From Octopus sinensis (Eukaryota), in the NCBI RefSeq assembly GCF_006345805.1, contig NC_043006.1:39246001-39310000 (forward strand): a stretch of 64,000 bases of DNA, in the 5' to 3' direction. A program made the position numbers and the translations under genes. Below, piece by piece: positions 1 to 12,422 of the stretch (positions are counted from its first letter, which is position 1; every line of letters starts with the position of its first letter). The notes under the pieces are model-generated. The model saw nothing but the letters and a program-made list of their open reading frames with translations, did no database searches and had not been told where the DNA came from.

Positions 1-62
1 TTCTTCTTCTTCTTCTTCTTCTTCTCTTCTTCTTCTTCTTCTTCTTCTTCTTCTTCTTCTTC
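1..62. repeat. (TTC)n microsatellite
   Basis: Near-perfect TTC run at the window start. Confidence 0.95.
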
Positions 63-744
63 ATATTTGTTAGATGGTATGATTTCTTGTTTGTATTTGT
101 CAGCTTCCTTAAATACTGAGAACAGATTTTTGTTTTGCTCGTGTTTTGCCGCTAGTTGTATCAGTTTTCCTTGCTTCTGAAGTAGATATTTTTTCAGTCC
201 TCTGGTGGTTATTTTATAATAGTTTTCCAGCTGTATAAGGCCTCTGCCACATTCTATACGTTGTATATATAGCCTTTCTATGTCAGATTTTGGGTGATGC
301 ATCCTAGATCCTGTTATTATTTTTCTTATTTTCCTATCTATTTTGGTTAGTTCGTTTAGTGTCCAGTTAAGGATATTGTAGCTGCAACTTATAACTGGGA
401 CGACTAAAGTGTTAATACCTATTATCTTGTTTTTAGCATTGAGCTCTGTTTTTAGTATTGATCTCACTCATCTATAGTATTATTTCTTTATTTTCTTTTT
501 CATTTGTGTGTGTTGTTTATTATCTAGTTCATGGATGCCTAAATAGTTGTAAGTTTGGCTTTGGTTTAATTCTCTTATTCCATTGGCTTTATCTAGTGTG
601 ATGTTGCTACTCTTAAATAGTTTCCCTCTTTTTAGGGTTACTTTGGCGCATTTTTCTAATCCAAATTTCATATCTATTTCTTTGGTAAATCCATGAACTG
701 CCTGTAGTAGTGTTTCCAGCTGTTTGTCATTTGGAGCGTATAGC

Positions 745-746
<2 letters not shown>
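62..746 (-). mobile_element. R4/Dong-like RLE non-LTR retrotransposon fragment (end of RT and post-RT region)
   Basis: Minus-strand translation EIDMKFGLEKCAK...YNYLGIHE, then LKTELNAKNKIIGINTLVVPVISCSYNILNW...RMHHPKSDIERLYIQRIECGRGLIQLE. These motifs are typical of R4/Dong ORFs. One in-frame stop at about 480; the 5' junction abuts (TAA)n. Confidence 0.75.
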
Positions 747-794
<48 letters not shown>

Positions 795-800
795 TATTAT
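747..800. repeat. (TTA)n microsatellite
   Basis: TTA run; source of the poly-Ile ORF start. Confidence 0.95.
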
Positions 801-802
801 TA

Positions 803-1016
803 AGGCGGGCATCAGGTAGAATCGTTTACGCGATGGGCAAAATGCTTAACGGCTTTTCGTCCGTCTTTACGTTGTAAGTTCAGATTCCGCCGAGGTTGAC
901 TTTGCCTATCATCCTTTCGGGTTTCGATAAAATAAGTACCAGTTGAATACTGAGGTCGACGTAATCGACTCATTCCCTCCCCCGAAATAACTGGCCTTTT
1001 GTAAAATTTGAAACCA
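803..1016 (+). mobile_element. tRNA-derived SINE, family A
   Basis: Shares the core gttcaaattccgccgaggtcgactttgcctttcatcctttcggggtcgataaa...agtaccag...ggtcgatgtaatcgac with more than 10 other copies in the window. Confidence 0.8.
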
Positions 1017-1594
1017 TTATTACTATTATTATTGTTGTTGTTGTCGTTGCTGTCGTCGTCTGCTGATCTCTTCAGACTATTCTGAATTCGATTTTCAAAA
1101 CTTTGCATCATGTACAAATGCTTAAAGTGTTATTCGTTTTGAATTTATAATCAAACGGGAGCCTTCGGAGAATTTGAAATTCTGCTTAACTGAGTCGCAG
1201 ACTAAGTTTTGGTTTCAGGCAATTTATGCATTTTGTTTTTTCTTATTTGTTTACACGATTGTACAGAAACTGTTGTGAAACATTTTAAAAGCGCCGCCTC
1301 AAATGTAAATAACCGAAAATGATGATAAAGTCCCTTCGGCCAAGCCTTCTTCACCTCCTGCAAGTTATGGCGAGAAAAGAAATCGAGAGGAAGGAAAGAG
1401 AGAGATGGAGAGAGAGAAAGGGGGGAGGGAGAATGCGAAAGAGAGAAGATTAGAGAGAGGGGGGAGAGGGAGCGAGGGAGAGACAAACCATACAAGAGAT
1501 GCGCAAGTATATTGTGCGACAAAATAAACACATTTTAAAAGAAAAGAAGATTTCTCTGTCAGTAATTGTTCTAGCATTAAAGCGATAAGCAAAA

Positions 1595-1780
1595 AGAATC
1601 GTTAGCCCATCAGGGCAAAATGTTTAGCGCTATTTTGTCCGTCTTTACATTCAGAGTTCAAATTCCAACGTGGTCGACTTTGCCTTTTATCCTTAGAGAT
1701 CAATAGAATAAGTACTAGTTGATCACTGAGGTCGATGTAATCGATTTTCCCACCGCTCGAAATAATTGATCGTCCAGGAG
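1595..1780 (+). mobile_element. SINE family A, diverged copy
   Basis: gagttcaaattcc...ggtcgactttgcc...aagtactag...ggtcgatgtaatcga. Confidence 0.7.
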
Positions 1781-2140
1781 AAATGAACAATGGTAGTAGC
1801 ATAAAACTGCAAGCGAAGTTTTGGAAATAACTTCAAGAGTATCACACACCCGGAAGCTTTGCCAAGTTAAAATAACGATAGAGATTTATGCGAAGTAACT
1901 GTTTTGGCTTTTACGCACATAACTTTCAAAAGACAAACTGTAAACACGCAATAGTAGTGTGAAACAAAAAGAAGACTGCATGGCAGTAATGCGTGACAAA
2001 AACAGATGCTCCGCTAATCGAAGTTGTCACACGAGTGTTACGGAAAAGGAAAATAACCAGCACATGCATTACCAAAGTCACAGAGATTATCATCGTATCG
2101 TATAAAGAACAAATAGATACATGGTATGAGTTCACTTACA

Positions 2141-2146
<6 letters not shown>

Positions 2147-2190
<44 letters not shown>
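2147..2190. repeat. (GA)n microsatellite
   Basis: Perfect GA run. Confidence 0.95.
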
Positions 2191-2191
<1 letters not shown>

Positions 2192-2324
2192 AAATGGCAT
2201 CATATAATAACGGTGCAGAAAGAAGTTTAGTTTATACAGCATACTTTTTACTATATCGTTAGCGCTTTTTCCTCCAGAAGGTTATGCAATTCCTCTGCTA
2301 TGAGACTTATCAATATCTACAGAG

Positions 2325-2731
2325 GGCGCAGGAGTGGCTGTGTTGTAAGTAGCTTGCTTACCAACCACATGGTTCCGGGTTTAGTCCCGCTGCGTGGCAC
2401 CTTGGGCAAGTGTCTTCTACTATAGCCTCAGGCCGACCAAAGCCTTGTGAGTGGATTTCGTAGATGGAATCTGAAAGACGTCCGCCGTGTATATGTATGT
2501 ATATATATATGTATGTGTGTGTATATGTTTGTGTGTCAGCGTTTGTACCCCCACCCAACATCACTTAACAACCGATGCTGGTGTGTTTACATCCCCGTAA
2601 ATTTGCGGTTCGGCAAAAGAGTCTGACAGAATAAGTACTAGGCTCACAAAGAATAAGTCCTGGGGTCGATTTGCTCGACTAAAGGCGGTACTACAGCATG
2701 ACCGCAGTCAAATGTCTGAAACAAGTAAAAG
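2325..2731 (+). mobile_element. tRNA-derived SINE, family B (full length, internal TA/TG microsatellite)
   Basis: ggcgcaggagtggctgtg...ggttccgggtttagtccc (A/B-box-like head), ggcaccttgggcaagtgtc body, and tail gactgaaacaagtaaaag. Multiple copies in the window. Confidence 0.85.
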
Positions 2732-2879
2732 TAGTGGTTAACCTGTAATAAGCCTATAATTACTGACTTACCTTCCCCTTTCTCAAACACTCTCATGATT
2801 TTGCCACCCGTCTCCATGATCCAGTAGCAAATGGTAGCTTATTGTGTATTCTTCTGAAGTCTTTAGACAGAAATTGTGA

Positions 2880-3050
2880 ACACGATTTCGTGTCTTCGCG
2901 TTCTGAGTTCAAATTCCGCCGAGGTCAACTTTGCCTTTCATCCTTTCGGGGTCAATAAATTAAGTACCAGTTGCGTACTGAGATCGATCAAATCGACTGC
3001 CCCCTCCCCTAAAATTTCTGGCAATGTGCCTATAGTAAAAAGGATTACTG
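2880..3050 (+). mobile_element. SINE family A, 5'-truncated
   Basis: gttctgagttcaaattccgccgaggtcaactttgcctttcatcctttcgggg core. Confidence 0.8.
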
Positions 3051-3439
3051 TTTTAAACTCTCGTAACCAGTCTGTTTCATTGTCAGGTGGAAACCTCTTT
3101 GCTCTGATATCTGACTCAAAGATCTTAATTGCTTCTCTATTTAGTTCTTCCTCATTGATCAGCTTTTAGTAAAATCTCTTTCCGTTGTTTCTGAGGACCC
3201 CGTTTTCTGTTAATACTGATTTATTCATTGTTAGTATTTAATATTTTTACACGTTTTTACTTGAATTATTTTTGTTTTATCTCTTATTTTTAACAGCTTG
3301 TAAGCCTCTTTCTGATGTTATACTTTTTATTGAAGCTTTGAAGCTAATCCTTGCGTTTATGGAAGGAAATAAAAATTTGATTCTCAAGCTTTTTTCACCC
3401 TCTATCTGAACTCTGTTGTTTGCTCCAACAACTTCTATA

Positions 3440-3630
3440 GACGTAGGAGTGGCTGTGTGGTAAGTAGCTTGCTTACCAACCACATGGTTCCGGGTTTAGT
3501 CCCACTGCGTGGCACCTTGGGCAAGTGTCTTCTACTATAGCCTCAGACCGGCCAAAGCCTTATGAGTGGGTTTGGTAGACGGAAACTGAAAGAAGCCCGT
3601 CGCATATATATATATATATGTGTATATATA

Positions 3631-3677
<47 letters not shown>

Positions 3678-3908
3678 GTATGTATGTGTGTGTATATGTT
3701 TGTGTATCTGTTTGTCTCACCAACATCGCTTGACAACCGATGCTGGTGTGTTTACGTCCCCGTAACTTATCAGTTCGGCAAAAGAGACCGATAGAAATAA
3801 GTACTAGGCTTACAAAGAATAAGTCTTGCGGTCGATTTGCTCGGCTAAAGGTGGTGCCCCAGCATGGCCGCATTCAAATGACTGAAACAAGTAAAAGAGT
3901 AAAAGAGT
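3440..3908 (+). mobile_element. SINE family B, full length
   Basis: Same head, body and tail as 2325-2731; (TA)n expansion at about 3604-3710; (AAAGAGT)n tail. Confidence 0.9.
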
Positions 3909-4795
3909 AACGCAGTCTGCGTAGAATATGAAATCATTTACACCTTTCAAATTTGATATTTCAAATAGTTTCCCCTCTCTTTACAGATTTTCATCGTTTT
4001 TGTCGTTGTTGTTATTATTAGTATTTATATTATTCTTGTTTCTGTTTTTCTTGTCATTCTTGTCGTCGCCGTCGTTTTCGTTGTTGTTGTTGTTTGTTTG
4101 TATAAGCTTCATGCGTGCTTTCACAACACAACAGAAAGTATTCATGTGAGCTTTGGGTACGTGCAGTAAATTTTTTTTTAATAACAGATTTCATAATTTT
4201 GGAGACAGTTTGCATAACACGATACCAAAGCTGTTAGATTTGTTGATATAACTGTTGTTGAACTTCTGAAGTTTAGTCATCTCTAAAAACGTAAAAGTGA
4301 TTCAAAGCTTTCTGTTCTATTCAGTGCAGAATTGTGATTTCGCGAATAATTATCCATTGAAGGAAAAAAAAAAAAATAAAGTCAAGCGAAGAACCGATTT
4401 CTGTACACAGACAATTAAACCAGCCACCAAACATCTTAAGTATGTTAACTCTGAAGGTAAAAAACAGACGCAGACAGAAAAAAAAAAATATATAATGTTA
4501 ACATGTTTCTATAATGTGACCTTTAAAAAACGCGGACACGAACAAAAACATATTGAAACGAGAACACGAAAAGTCGTCAAGTTCAACGTACCACGTCACA
4601 CCCACGTTATGTAACAATCGGAATGAGGATAGCTAAGAACTAATAACGAACTATAAATTGTTTTATACCTATTTACAAGTACAATTAATTATTTTCCAAG
4701 AAAACTGATAAATAAGTAAATAAATAAAAATTTAAAACGTTAAGGTTAGCTACTGATGTTTATCGCAAAGAAATGATCGTTATAAGTCTAAACGC

Positions 4796-4818
4796 AAATA
4801 ATAATAATAATAATAATA

Positions 4819-4861
<43 letters not shown>

Positions 4862-4910
4862 GAATAATAGTGATATCAAGAAGAAGAAGAAGAAGAAGAA
4901 GAAGAAGAAA
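4796..4910. repeat. (AAT)n and (AAG)n microsatellites
   Basis: Direct inspection. Confidence 0.9.
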
Positions 4911-4979
4911 AAGAGGAGTTGGAAACAATGTGAAGGACAGCAAATAAATTCACAAGCCCTATAAATACTCGTTCATCTA

Positions 4980-5166
4980 TGTTTATATATGTGTGTATGT
5001 GTGTATAAGTATGGATATATAAATACACACACACACATATATATATATACGTATGTATATATACATATATTATATATACATTTACTTATACATACATATG
5101 TATATATATACATATATATGTATATATGTACATACATAAATTTATATATATGTATATACATATATT

Positions 5167-5198
<32 letters not shown>

Positions 5199-5265
5199 GT
5201 ATATATGTATGTATGTATGTATGTGTGCATGTACATATGTACATATTATTTGTATGTACATGCAT
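4980..5265. repeat. Compound TA/TG/CATA low-complexity tract
   Basis: Direct inspection. Confidence 0.85.
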
Positions 5266-5914
5266 ACAAAAGAGTGGGTTAAAAGGGAGAGAGAGAAGGG
5301 TAAACAGTATTGTCTATCACGCAAGGATAATGGCGAGCACTGACAAATTGAGCTGAAGTAAATGGACTTGTGGAAAATTTATACAATGGTCGTTAGTTAC
5401 TATATACGAGTAGTTTCCACAGCCCAAGCGAACCGAACGTAATGGACTTTATCCAAATATATTTGGGCAATGAAGGAGAAAAATGACGGCAGCATTCGAA
5501 TCAAAAGGTTAGTTATGGAATCGGAAACTAAGTACACAGGAGGTGCAACAGTGTGCATAGTATCAAATAGAGAAGTGAAACATTAACACAGTCCCCTGAA
5601 AACTTCAAAGGGAGGAATGGGTCTCCAATTGCAGACATGTAAGTAGTTAGTACATGCATGCGTAACACAGAAATGCAGTAATCTGCTGGCAGACAAATGA
5701 AAATTAATGGTAGCGGCAATGCAATAGTTGCCACGAAATACAAGAACACCAATTAATGATAAGTCCCGTATGCCCAAATAACAAAACCCACTTATTAGAT
5801 TGCTATCCAAAACTCGTCTGTAACTCATGTAATCAAGCCGAGAAATCTTAAAGCATATCGCATACAATGACACTTGCATTGGAATGCATACACACACATA
5901 CATATATACATGCA

Positions 5915-5917
<3 letters not shown>

Positions 5918-6001
<84 letters not shown>
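5918..6001. repeat. (TA)n microsatellite
   Basis: Perfect TA run of about 84 bp. Confidence 0.95.
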
Positions 6002-6005
<4 letters not shown>

Positions 6006-6596
6006 GCAAAGGACTGCCTACCAGGCGGTTTTTCTGCTGGTTGCTGAACGATATTTATGCATTTGATTCCCAATTTGTGTAATTTTTCTGATACATTAAC
6101 GTCTAATTCTGCCTCGTATCCTTTGTTCGCCTTATGATGTTTACTGCTTAGTAAATACCTTTAAGGTATAACTACAAAAGTGATTCTCCATTGATTTTGT
6201 ATCCTCGTTACTTTCTGGAAAATAGATATTTTTTGATGCTGTCTTCTACAAATACCGTTCAAATGATGTACAACACAATTATATTAGAATTTTCGGAGGT
6301 GTCGGGATAGGTACTCGGGTAATTTAAATACCTCGAATTTGTTTTCGCTAAACTTTCATAAACTTTTTAATGAATATTTCTACAAATAATTGTCAGTTTG
6401 TCTACATTTGCGATTATATCCGAATATGCGAAAAAAGTTCAGCATCTCGACTTTGAAAAACGTATTTACGCAGAAAAACGTATTCATGCATCTATATAGC
6501 AAAATAACCACGAATTAGTGTATACATACATACATACATACATACATACATACATACATACATACATACATACATACATACATACACACATACATA

Positions 6597-6800
6597 CGGC
6601 AATCCCTCGCCATATCGCAGTTCACCTATCGCGGTCAATTATTTAAGTTTGCGTCAATTCCTCCGCGGTGTTGCTTTGCATTAATGATAAAATAAATATG
6701 CATAAATTATGAAAATAATAACGAAAAATATACAGTACTGTTTCTACTTCGCGGTTTTTCACCTATCGTGGGGGGTCTTGGAACGTAACATCCGCGATAA
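6597..6800 (+). mobile_element. pogo/Tigger-like MITE, truncated
   Basis: TA followed by cggcaatccctcgccatatcgcagttcacctatcgcgg, and a 3' part cgcggtttttcacctatcgtggggggtcttggaacgtaacatccgcgataa. This is typical Tigger-like MITE architecture; the right TIR is incomplete. Confidence 0.55.
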
Positions 6801-6936
6801 TATTTATTTTTGGGTTGCTTAACAAGTACTTACGTTTAATAGTACGACTTTTAAAAGGGTTTGCTGTTTACCCATTTAAAACAAAGCTGGAGAATTATCT
6901 ATACATTAAACATGCATACACATACACACATACACT

Positions 6937-6977
<41 letters not shown>

Positions 6978-7053
6978 GCATATATGTGCATGTATATATT
7001 GTGCGCTTTTGTATATGTGTGCGCGTATACATACATACATACATATATATATA

Positions 7054-7097
<44 letters not shown>

Positions 7098-7628
7098 GCA
7101 TACACACACGCACATACTTCATACATTCATTTATAATCTAAAATAGAAATAGAATTTCCAATCGAATTGCGAATAAATACTTATTGTAAGTGATTTATCT
7201 AAGATCGCTCTTGAAGTATAAAAATACTTCTGCAGAATTTCTATAAGGTGAAATCCTCTCACCTAAACCGCTTACTCGCTCATAATGCTTTTCTTTTTCA
7301 TATAGTACGTCCCAGACACAGAATTATGTTAGCTCCTGACAGAAATCTGTTTCGACAAGCAAAACAACCTTCTCTGGTTAAAATCAGATTGAAGTTGAAT
7401 CAGCGGAAGGCGAAGAATGAATAAGAAGTAAATTGCAATGATATTTATAGGTGCTAAATTGTGTCAGCTGTCTATATAGAGTGGCGAGGGAGAACTTTGA
7501 AAGTGAACTACTGTTCATTTGAAGTGTTACGTCAAGTACATAATATATCATACACATATGCATGTCTATATTCGTAGATGCATGCATATCTACATATATA
7601 CGTACATACAAACACACACACATCATTC

Positions 7629-7667
<39 letters not shown>

Positions 7668-7713
7668 CAAATATACCTAAACATAGACATATACGAGTAT
7701 GTACAAGCTTATA

Positions 7714-8956
7714 CAGGGGTTGGACTAAGTAATGGAAGAACCTTAACATTTCAAGCAAATTTATTTTAATATGAGGTAGGACCGCCTTTGGCAGTAATTA
7801 CAGCTTGAATTCTACGAGGTATGGACTTGTACAAAGTTTGAATTGTTTCCAAAGGAATTTTTGTCCAGTCTTCAGCTAAAACAGTCTTCTTTTCTTGACG
7901 TGATGATGGTGGAGGATATCGACTCCTTACTTGTTTTTTAAATGCACCATAAATGTTCAATAATATTGAAATCTGGGGACTGTGGTGGCCAGATAAGACG
8001 TTCAACTTCACTAGAATGTTCCTCGTGCCATTCAGTAACAACTTTAGCTGTGTGAATTGGTGCGTTATCATCCTGAAAGATTGCGTTCCACAACCATAGG
8101 ATGAATTTGATTAGATAAAATGCTTAAATAGTCTTGACTATTAATCCTGTCATGAACGGAAACCATTGGGCTGGCAGATTTCCAAGATATAGCCTCGCCC
8201 GCATATCATCACAGATTCTCTTCAATGTTTAACAGTTGCAATAAGGTAGACTGAGTCAAATGCTTCTTTTGACTGTCTTCACATGTATATTCAGCTGGTG
8301 GTCGGAAATAAGGTAAAGATGACTCGTCCGAGAAAATAACATTCTTCCACTGCTCTAGGGACCAATTCTGTAGGTTTTTTCTCCACTCTAAACGCTTTGC
8401 AACATTTGTTTTAGATAGTAGTGGTCTTTTGATTACAGCCCTCCCGAGAAATATGGCTCCCGGTGAACAGATTTTGTGGAAACTGGGTTCTCGAGGGGGT
8501 CATTAATCTCCGCAGTAATTTTGGGAGCTGCACTTTTGTGATCCTTTCTAACAGTTCGTGTAAGAGTTGGATGGTCGCTATCTGACAGTTTGGGTTTCTT
8601 CCGGAGTTTTGTTTCGAAGAGAAGGTTTTTTCCTTCTTTCTCAAAGGCTGTCATTACTTTCTTGATACTCCAAACATTTCGGCTGTTTTCGTTACGCTAG
8701 CGCCTAACATATGAACACCAACAATTTGACCTCTTTGAAAGTCCGAGAGATCTGTCATTTTAATGAATTTGAATTGCCTATTTCTGATGATATCTGAAAA
8801 GAAACAGCAACTTTAGGAAAACATATTAAGCAACACTAATAATACAAAAAAAATACATAAAAATAAACAAGCTTTTGACGGTTTTATAGATATTTCAAAA
8901 TCATGTTGCTATGATGCTAGGTTGCTAGGTATTTCCATTATTTTGTCCAACCCCTG
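7714..8956 (-). mobile_element. Degenerate Tc1-family DNA transposon, complete with TIRs
   Basis: TIRs caggggttggac(t/a)aa(g/a)taatggaa / ttccattattttgtccaacccctg, each flanked by TA. Transposase fragments on minus: LSDSDHPTLTRTVRKDHKSAAPKITAEIN...VSTKSVHRE (8433-8654) and WTKIPLETIQTLYKSIPRRIQAVITAKGGPTSY (7766-8071). Frameshifted. Confidence 0.92.
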
Positions 8957-9299
8957 TACATGCTTATACACACAAGTACACACACACACGCGTGTGTGTC
9001 ATACATAAACAAATGTACAGATGCACTCGCATACATATATATATTCATATATATGCATAGATACATACATACACACACACACATAGGTATATATCCACTC
9101 ATATATATATATGTACACACACACGAAAACACAGTCATATATATGACTGTATGATACGTATATGATTTCATTAAGAAATATATGATAACTTCTCTGCTCA
9201 TCACATACACGATCTGACTCACATTTTCAAAATGCTATATGCTGACATACAAAAACATATACATACATACACACACATGTCAATATTATACAGTGAGAA

Positions 9300-9600
9300 T
9301 TTACAAAAAAAAAAAAAACGAAAGACGAAAACGGGTGTGTAAACAACAAACAGATGTATTAGTTTGAAGCTCGGGAAGTGAGAAAGTCTTTTGTTTCGAG
9401 CCTACGCTCTTCGACAGAAAGGAACACAGGAATAAACAGGGAGAGAAAACAGAAAAAGGTTTAGTAGCTAGCGATCTATCATGGCGAATGCCGGACAGAG
9501 GTGGCCACACAGGAGAGCTAGGAAAAAGGGGAGATAATAAAGTAGTGATGATCCCAAGACAAAGGTACGCGTGCAAGTGAGAGCGTGTATGTGCATGTGG
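9300..9600 (-). mobile_element. Putative Penelope-like pseudo-LTR fragment with hammerhead-like relic
   Basis: Minus-strand cttt-CTGTCGAA-gagc-gtag-gctc-GAAA-caaaag; lies between CA/TA microsatellites. The family assignment is inferred. Confidence 0.35.
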
Positions 9601-9710
9601 AAGAAAGGAGGCTGGTGACATTGATGTGTGCGTGTGTAGGTGTGTGGATGATGGTGTAGGTGCTGGGAAGTGGTCAGTACTAGTGTGTGCGGGATGGTGT
9701 GATGTGGTGT

Positions 9711-9754
<44 letters not shown>

Positions 9755-10039
9755 GCATTTATACCGAAAGGACTTTTTCCGTGAAGCGATTAGTATCATG
9801 GCTCAAGAAATGTAAAAATAATCAGATCTAGTGCGATTATGTGTGTGTGTGTCTGTGCGTGTGTAAGCTATAAAAGTAGGTAATACGAAGAAGCACTTCA
9901 AAATATAATGAAGCCTCATTTTGGAATAAACACACACATATACACTTACATGTATTTATTCTTGTACTTACATACGTATGCATGCACATTTGTATACCTA
10001 ATACATATGTATATCTTCTATTAATGTATACACACACAC

Positions 10040-10095
<56 letters not shown>

Positions 10096-10096
<1 letters not shown>

Positions 10097-10316
10097 ATAA
10101 TCAAAATAAGCAGCAAGAATAACTTCGGTAATTTGGTACGATCGTTTCGCACTACATCATTTTATTAAATGTTGTAAACGATCGTACCAAATTACCAAAG
10201 TTATTCTTGTTGCTTGATTATAATCAGCCCACGAATTTATATGGGTAACACCGTACAAAATTCTGGTGCATCTAACTGAAGTACTATATTCATTTGAATC
10301 TAAATTTTGCTGAACT

Positions 10317-10347
<31 letters not shown>

Positions 10348-10567
10348 ATAATCAAAATAAGCAGCAAGAATAACTTCGGTAATTTGGTACGATCGTTTCG
10401 CACTACATCATTTTATTAAATGTTGTAAACGATCGTACCAAATTACCAAAGTTATTCTTGTTGCTTGATTATAATCAGCCCACGAATTTATATGGGTAAC
10501 ACCGTACAAAATTCTGGTGCATCTAACTGAAGTACTATATTCATTTGAATCTAAATTTTGCTGAACT

Positions 10568-10571
<4 letters not shown>
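10096..10571. repeat. Tandem duplication (251-bp period), each unit containing a 40-bp-arm hairpin
   Basis: 10096-10320 is identical to 10347-10571. The units are separated by (TA)n(TG)n; arms 10108-10147 / 10176-10215. Confidence 0.9.
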
Positions 10572-10598
<27 letters not shown>

Positions 10599-10740
10599 AT
10601 GTGTGTGTTTACAGTAGGCATATATATGTAGGTACATAAGTATGCACATATATAATTTTCTCTGTATGTTCCTGGGTGTCTGTGGAGAGTTATGGTAACA
10701 ATGTATTTAATGAAATATTTCTACACGTAATTTGTCTCTG

Positions 10741-12220
10741 TTATTATTATTTGATGATCAAACCCCTCACTTTATTTTGCTGGGTATGAAGGAAAGTGCC
10801 AGCTGCCCACAGCCATCAACTAAGGTGACATCCGTTTACTGGTCATGTTTGAAGAACCCTACGAAGAATTCTTGCAGTTCCAAGCAATGCTGATTTTTTT
10901 AGGTGCTGCATCTTTACATTTGTACCAATCCTTTTGAGCCATGTTGGTAGTTGAAAACTATACTTCCAAGTGCAGCAATTACTATTTGTATCACGTCTAC
11001 TCACCTCATTGACCGCAATCTTCGTATTTGGAGATATTGTGTCTATTGGGTGTTTGCAAGGTTTGTCAAGTCACAAGGGCCTACGACAGACAGTATTTTA
11101 CGCAATATGCGAGCAGTTCCAAGTAATGCCGACTTTTGCAATACATCTAGATTGTAAGGTATCTCTAAGGTTTTCAGATGTTTTTTTTTTTTTCAGATTG
11201 GGTGGTATTGAAGCCAATGCTCCGATGCCAATAGGGATAACCTTTATGCTTGACTCTCGTAGCTGCCACATCTTAGCGATCTCAATTCTCAGGTCTCCAT
11301 ATTTATCAACCTTTACTCTTTCATTCATGATGATATCTTGATATCCTGATACTGCCACGTTAATTATTAGGCACTCTTGTTTGTCCCTCCTACAGGTTAC
11401 TATATCCGGCCTTCGGTGTTCTAACACCTTGTCCGTCTACAAGTCAAAGTCCCAGAGGATTTTTGCTTTTCCCTTTTCTCTCCATTACCTTTTTCGGTGT
11501 ATGTTGGTACCAAGCAACCGCAACCTCATACTGTGTCTACCAGGGGTCTGTACTGTTTCTCAATTCACAACAAGGACCTCAGACAGACAGCACTTTACGC
11601 AATATGCGTGCAGTTCCAAGTAATGCCGACTTTAGCAATACATCTAGATTGTAGGTTATCTCCAAGGTTTTCAGATGTTTTTTTTTTCAAATTGGGTGGT
11701 ATTGAACCCAATGCTCCGATTACAATAGGGATAACCTTTATATTTGACTCACGTACTTACGGCATAGTAGCTAGTGAAGGTTTTGGGTTACCTCGTCGTG
11801 CTTGTACTCTTTCTGCGCAAGACTTCCACAAGTACAATGTGAGTTACGCTTTCAACCCTCTTCCCACACATTCTGCAGAGATTCGTTGCACTTATGGGGT
11901 ATATATCCCTTTCCACTGAGTTGGTATTGGACTTTCAATATTCTTTTTAAGTCACCCTTACTGAAACACCTCCATGATGCTCCATGGTCGTTTAATTTGT
12001 TAGTTTCACGGTGGGACCGACCAAGTAATTCCATGCAGAGTAGACTTTCTTCTCTCTCCTTCGCTATTCGTGATCGGAATTCACGAGCACTCTCAAGTCC
12101 ATTTTTGTTAACTCATTCTACACTAGCAGCATACTGTAGCAGGACAGACAATACAACCCCAACCGGTAGACATATCTTCAACAAACAACATCACGATATT
12201 GGATACTGTGCCACGTCTTA
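10741..12220 (-). mobile_element. Two tandem 3' fragments of an R4/Dong-like RLE retrotransposon
   Basis: RLE motif HRRPDIV...ECLIINVAV...KVDKYGDLRIEIAKMW...VIPIGIGALASIP (11098-11427). CCHC knuckle CRMCGKRVESVTHIV...CGSLAQKEYK.HDEV (about 11770-11880). 11063-11250 is repeated at about 11562-11750. The 3' end runs into (TAA)3 at 10741. Confidence 0.85.
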
Positions 12221-12226
12221 AATAAA

Positions 12227-12257
<31 letters not shown>

Positions 12258-12262
12258 TAATC

Positions 12263-12336
<74 letters not shown>
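12221..12336. repeat. (TAAA)n/(TAA)n microsatellite
   Basis: Direct inspection. Confidence 0.95.
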
Positions 12337-12422
12337 TACCCACGATGGCTATTGTTGGGTCAGGCACAGCATCTTGTGATTGGAAACACTTAACTACCTT
12401 GTTATTCATTCAATTCCATTCA

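Noticed and set aside
5590-5645. LKTSKGGMGL as a LINE post-RT motif
   Set aside because: A single short motif with stops nearby; insufficient support.
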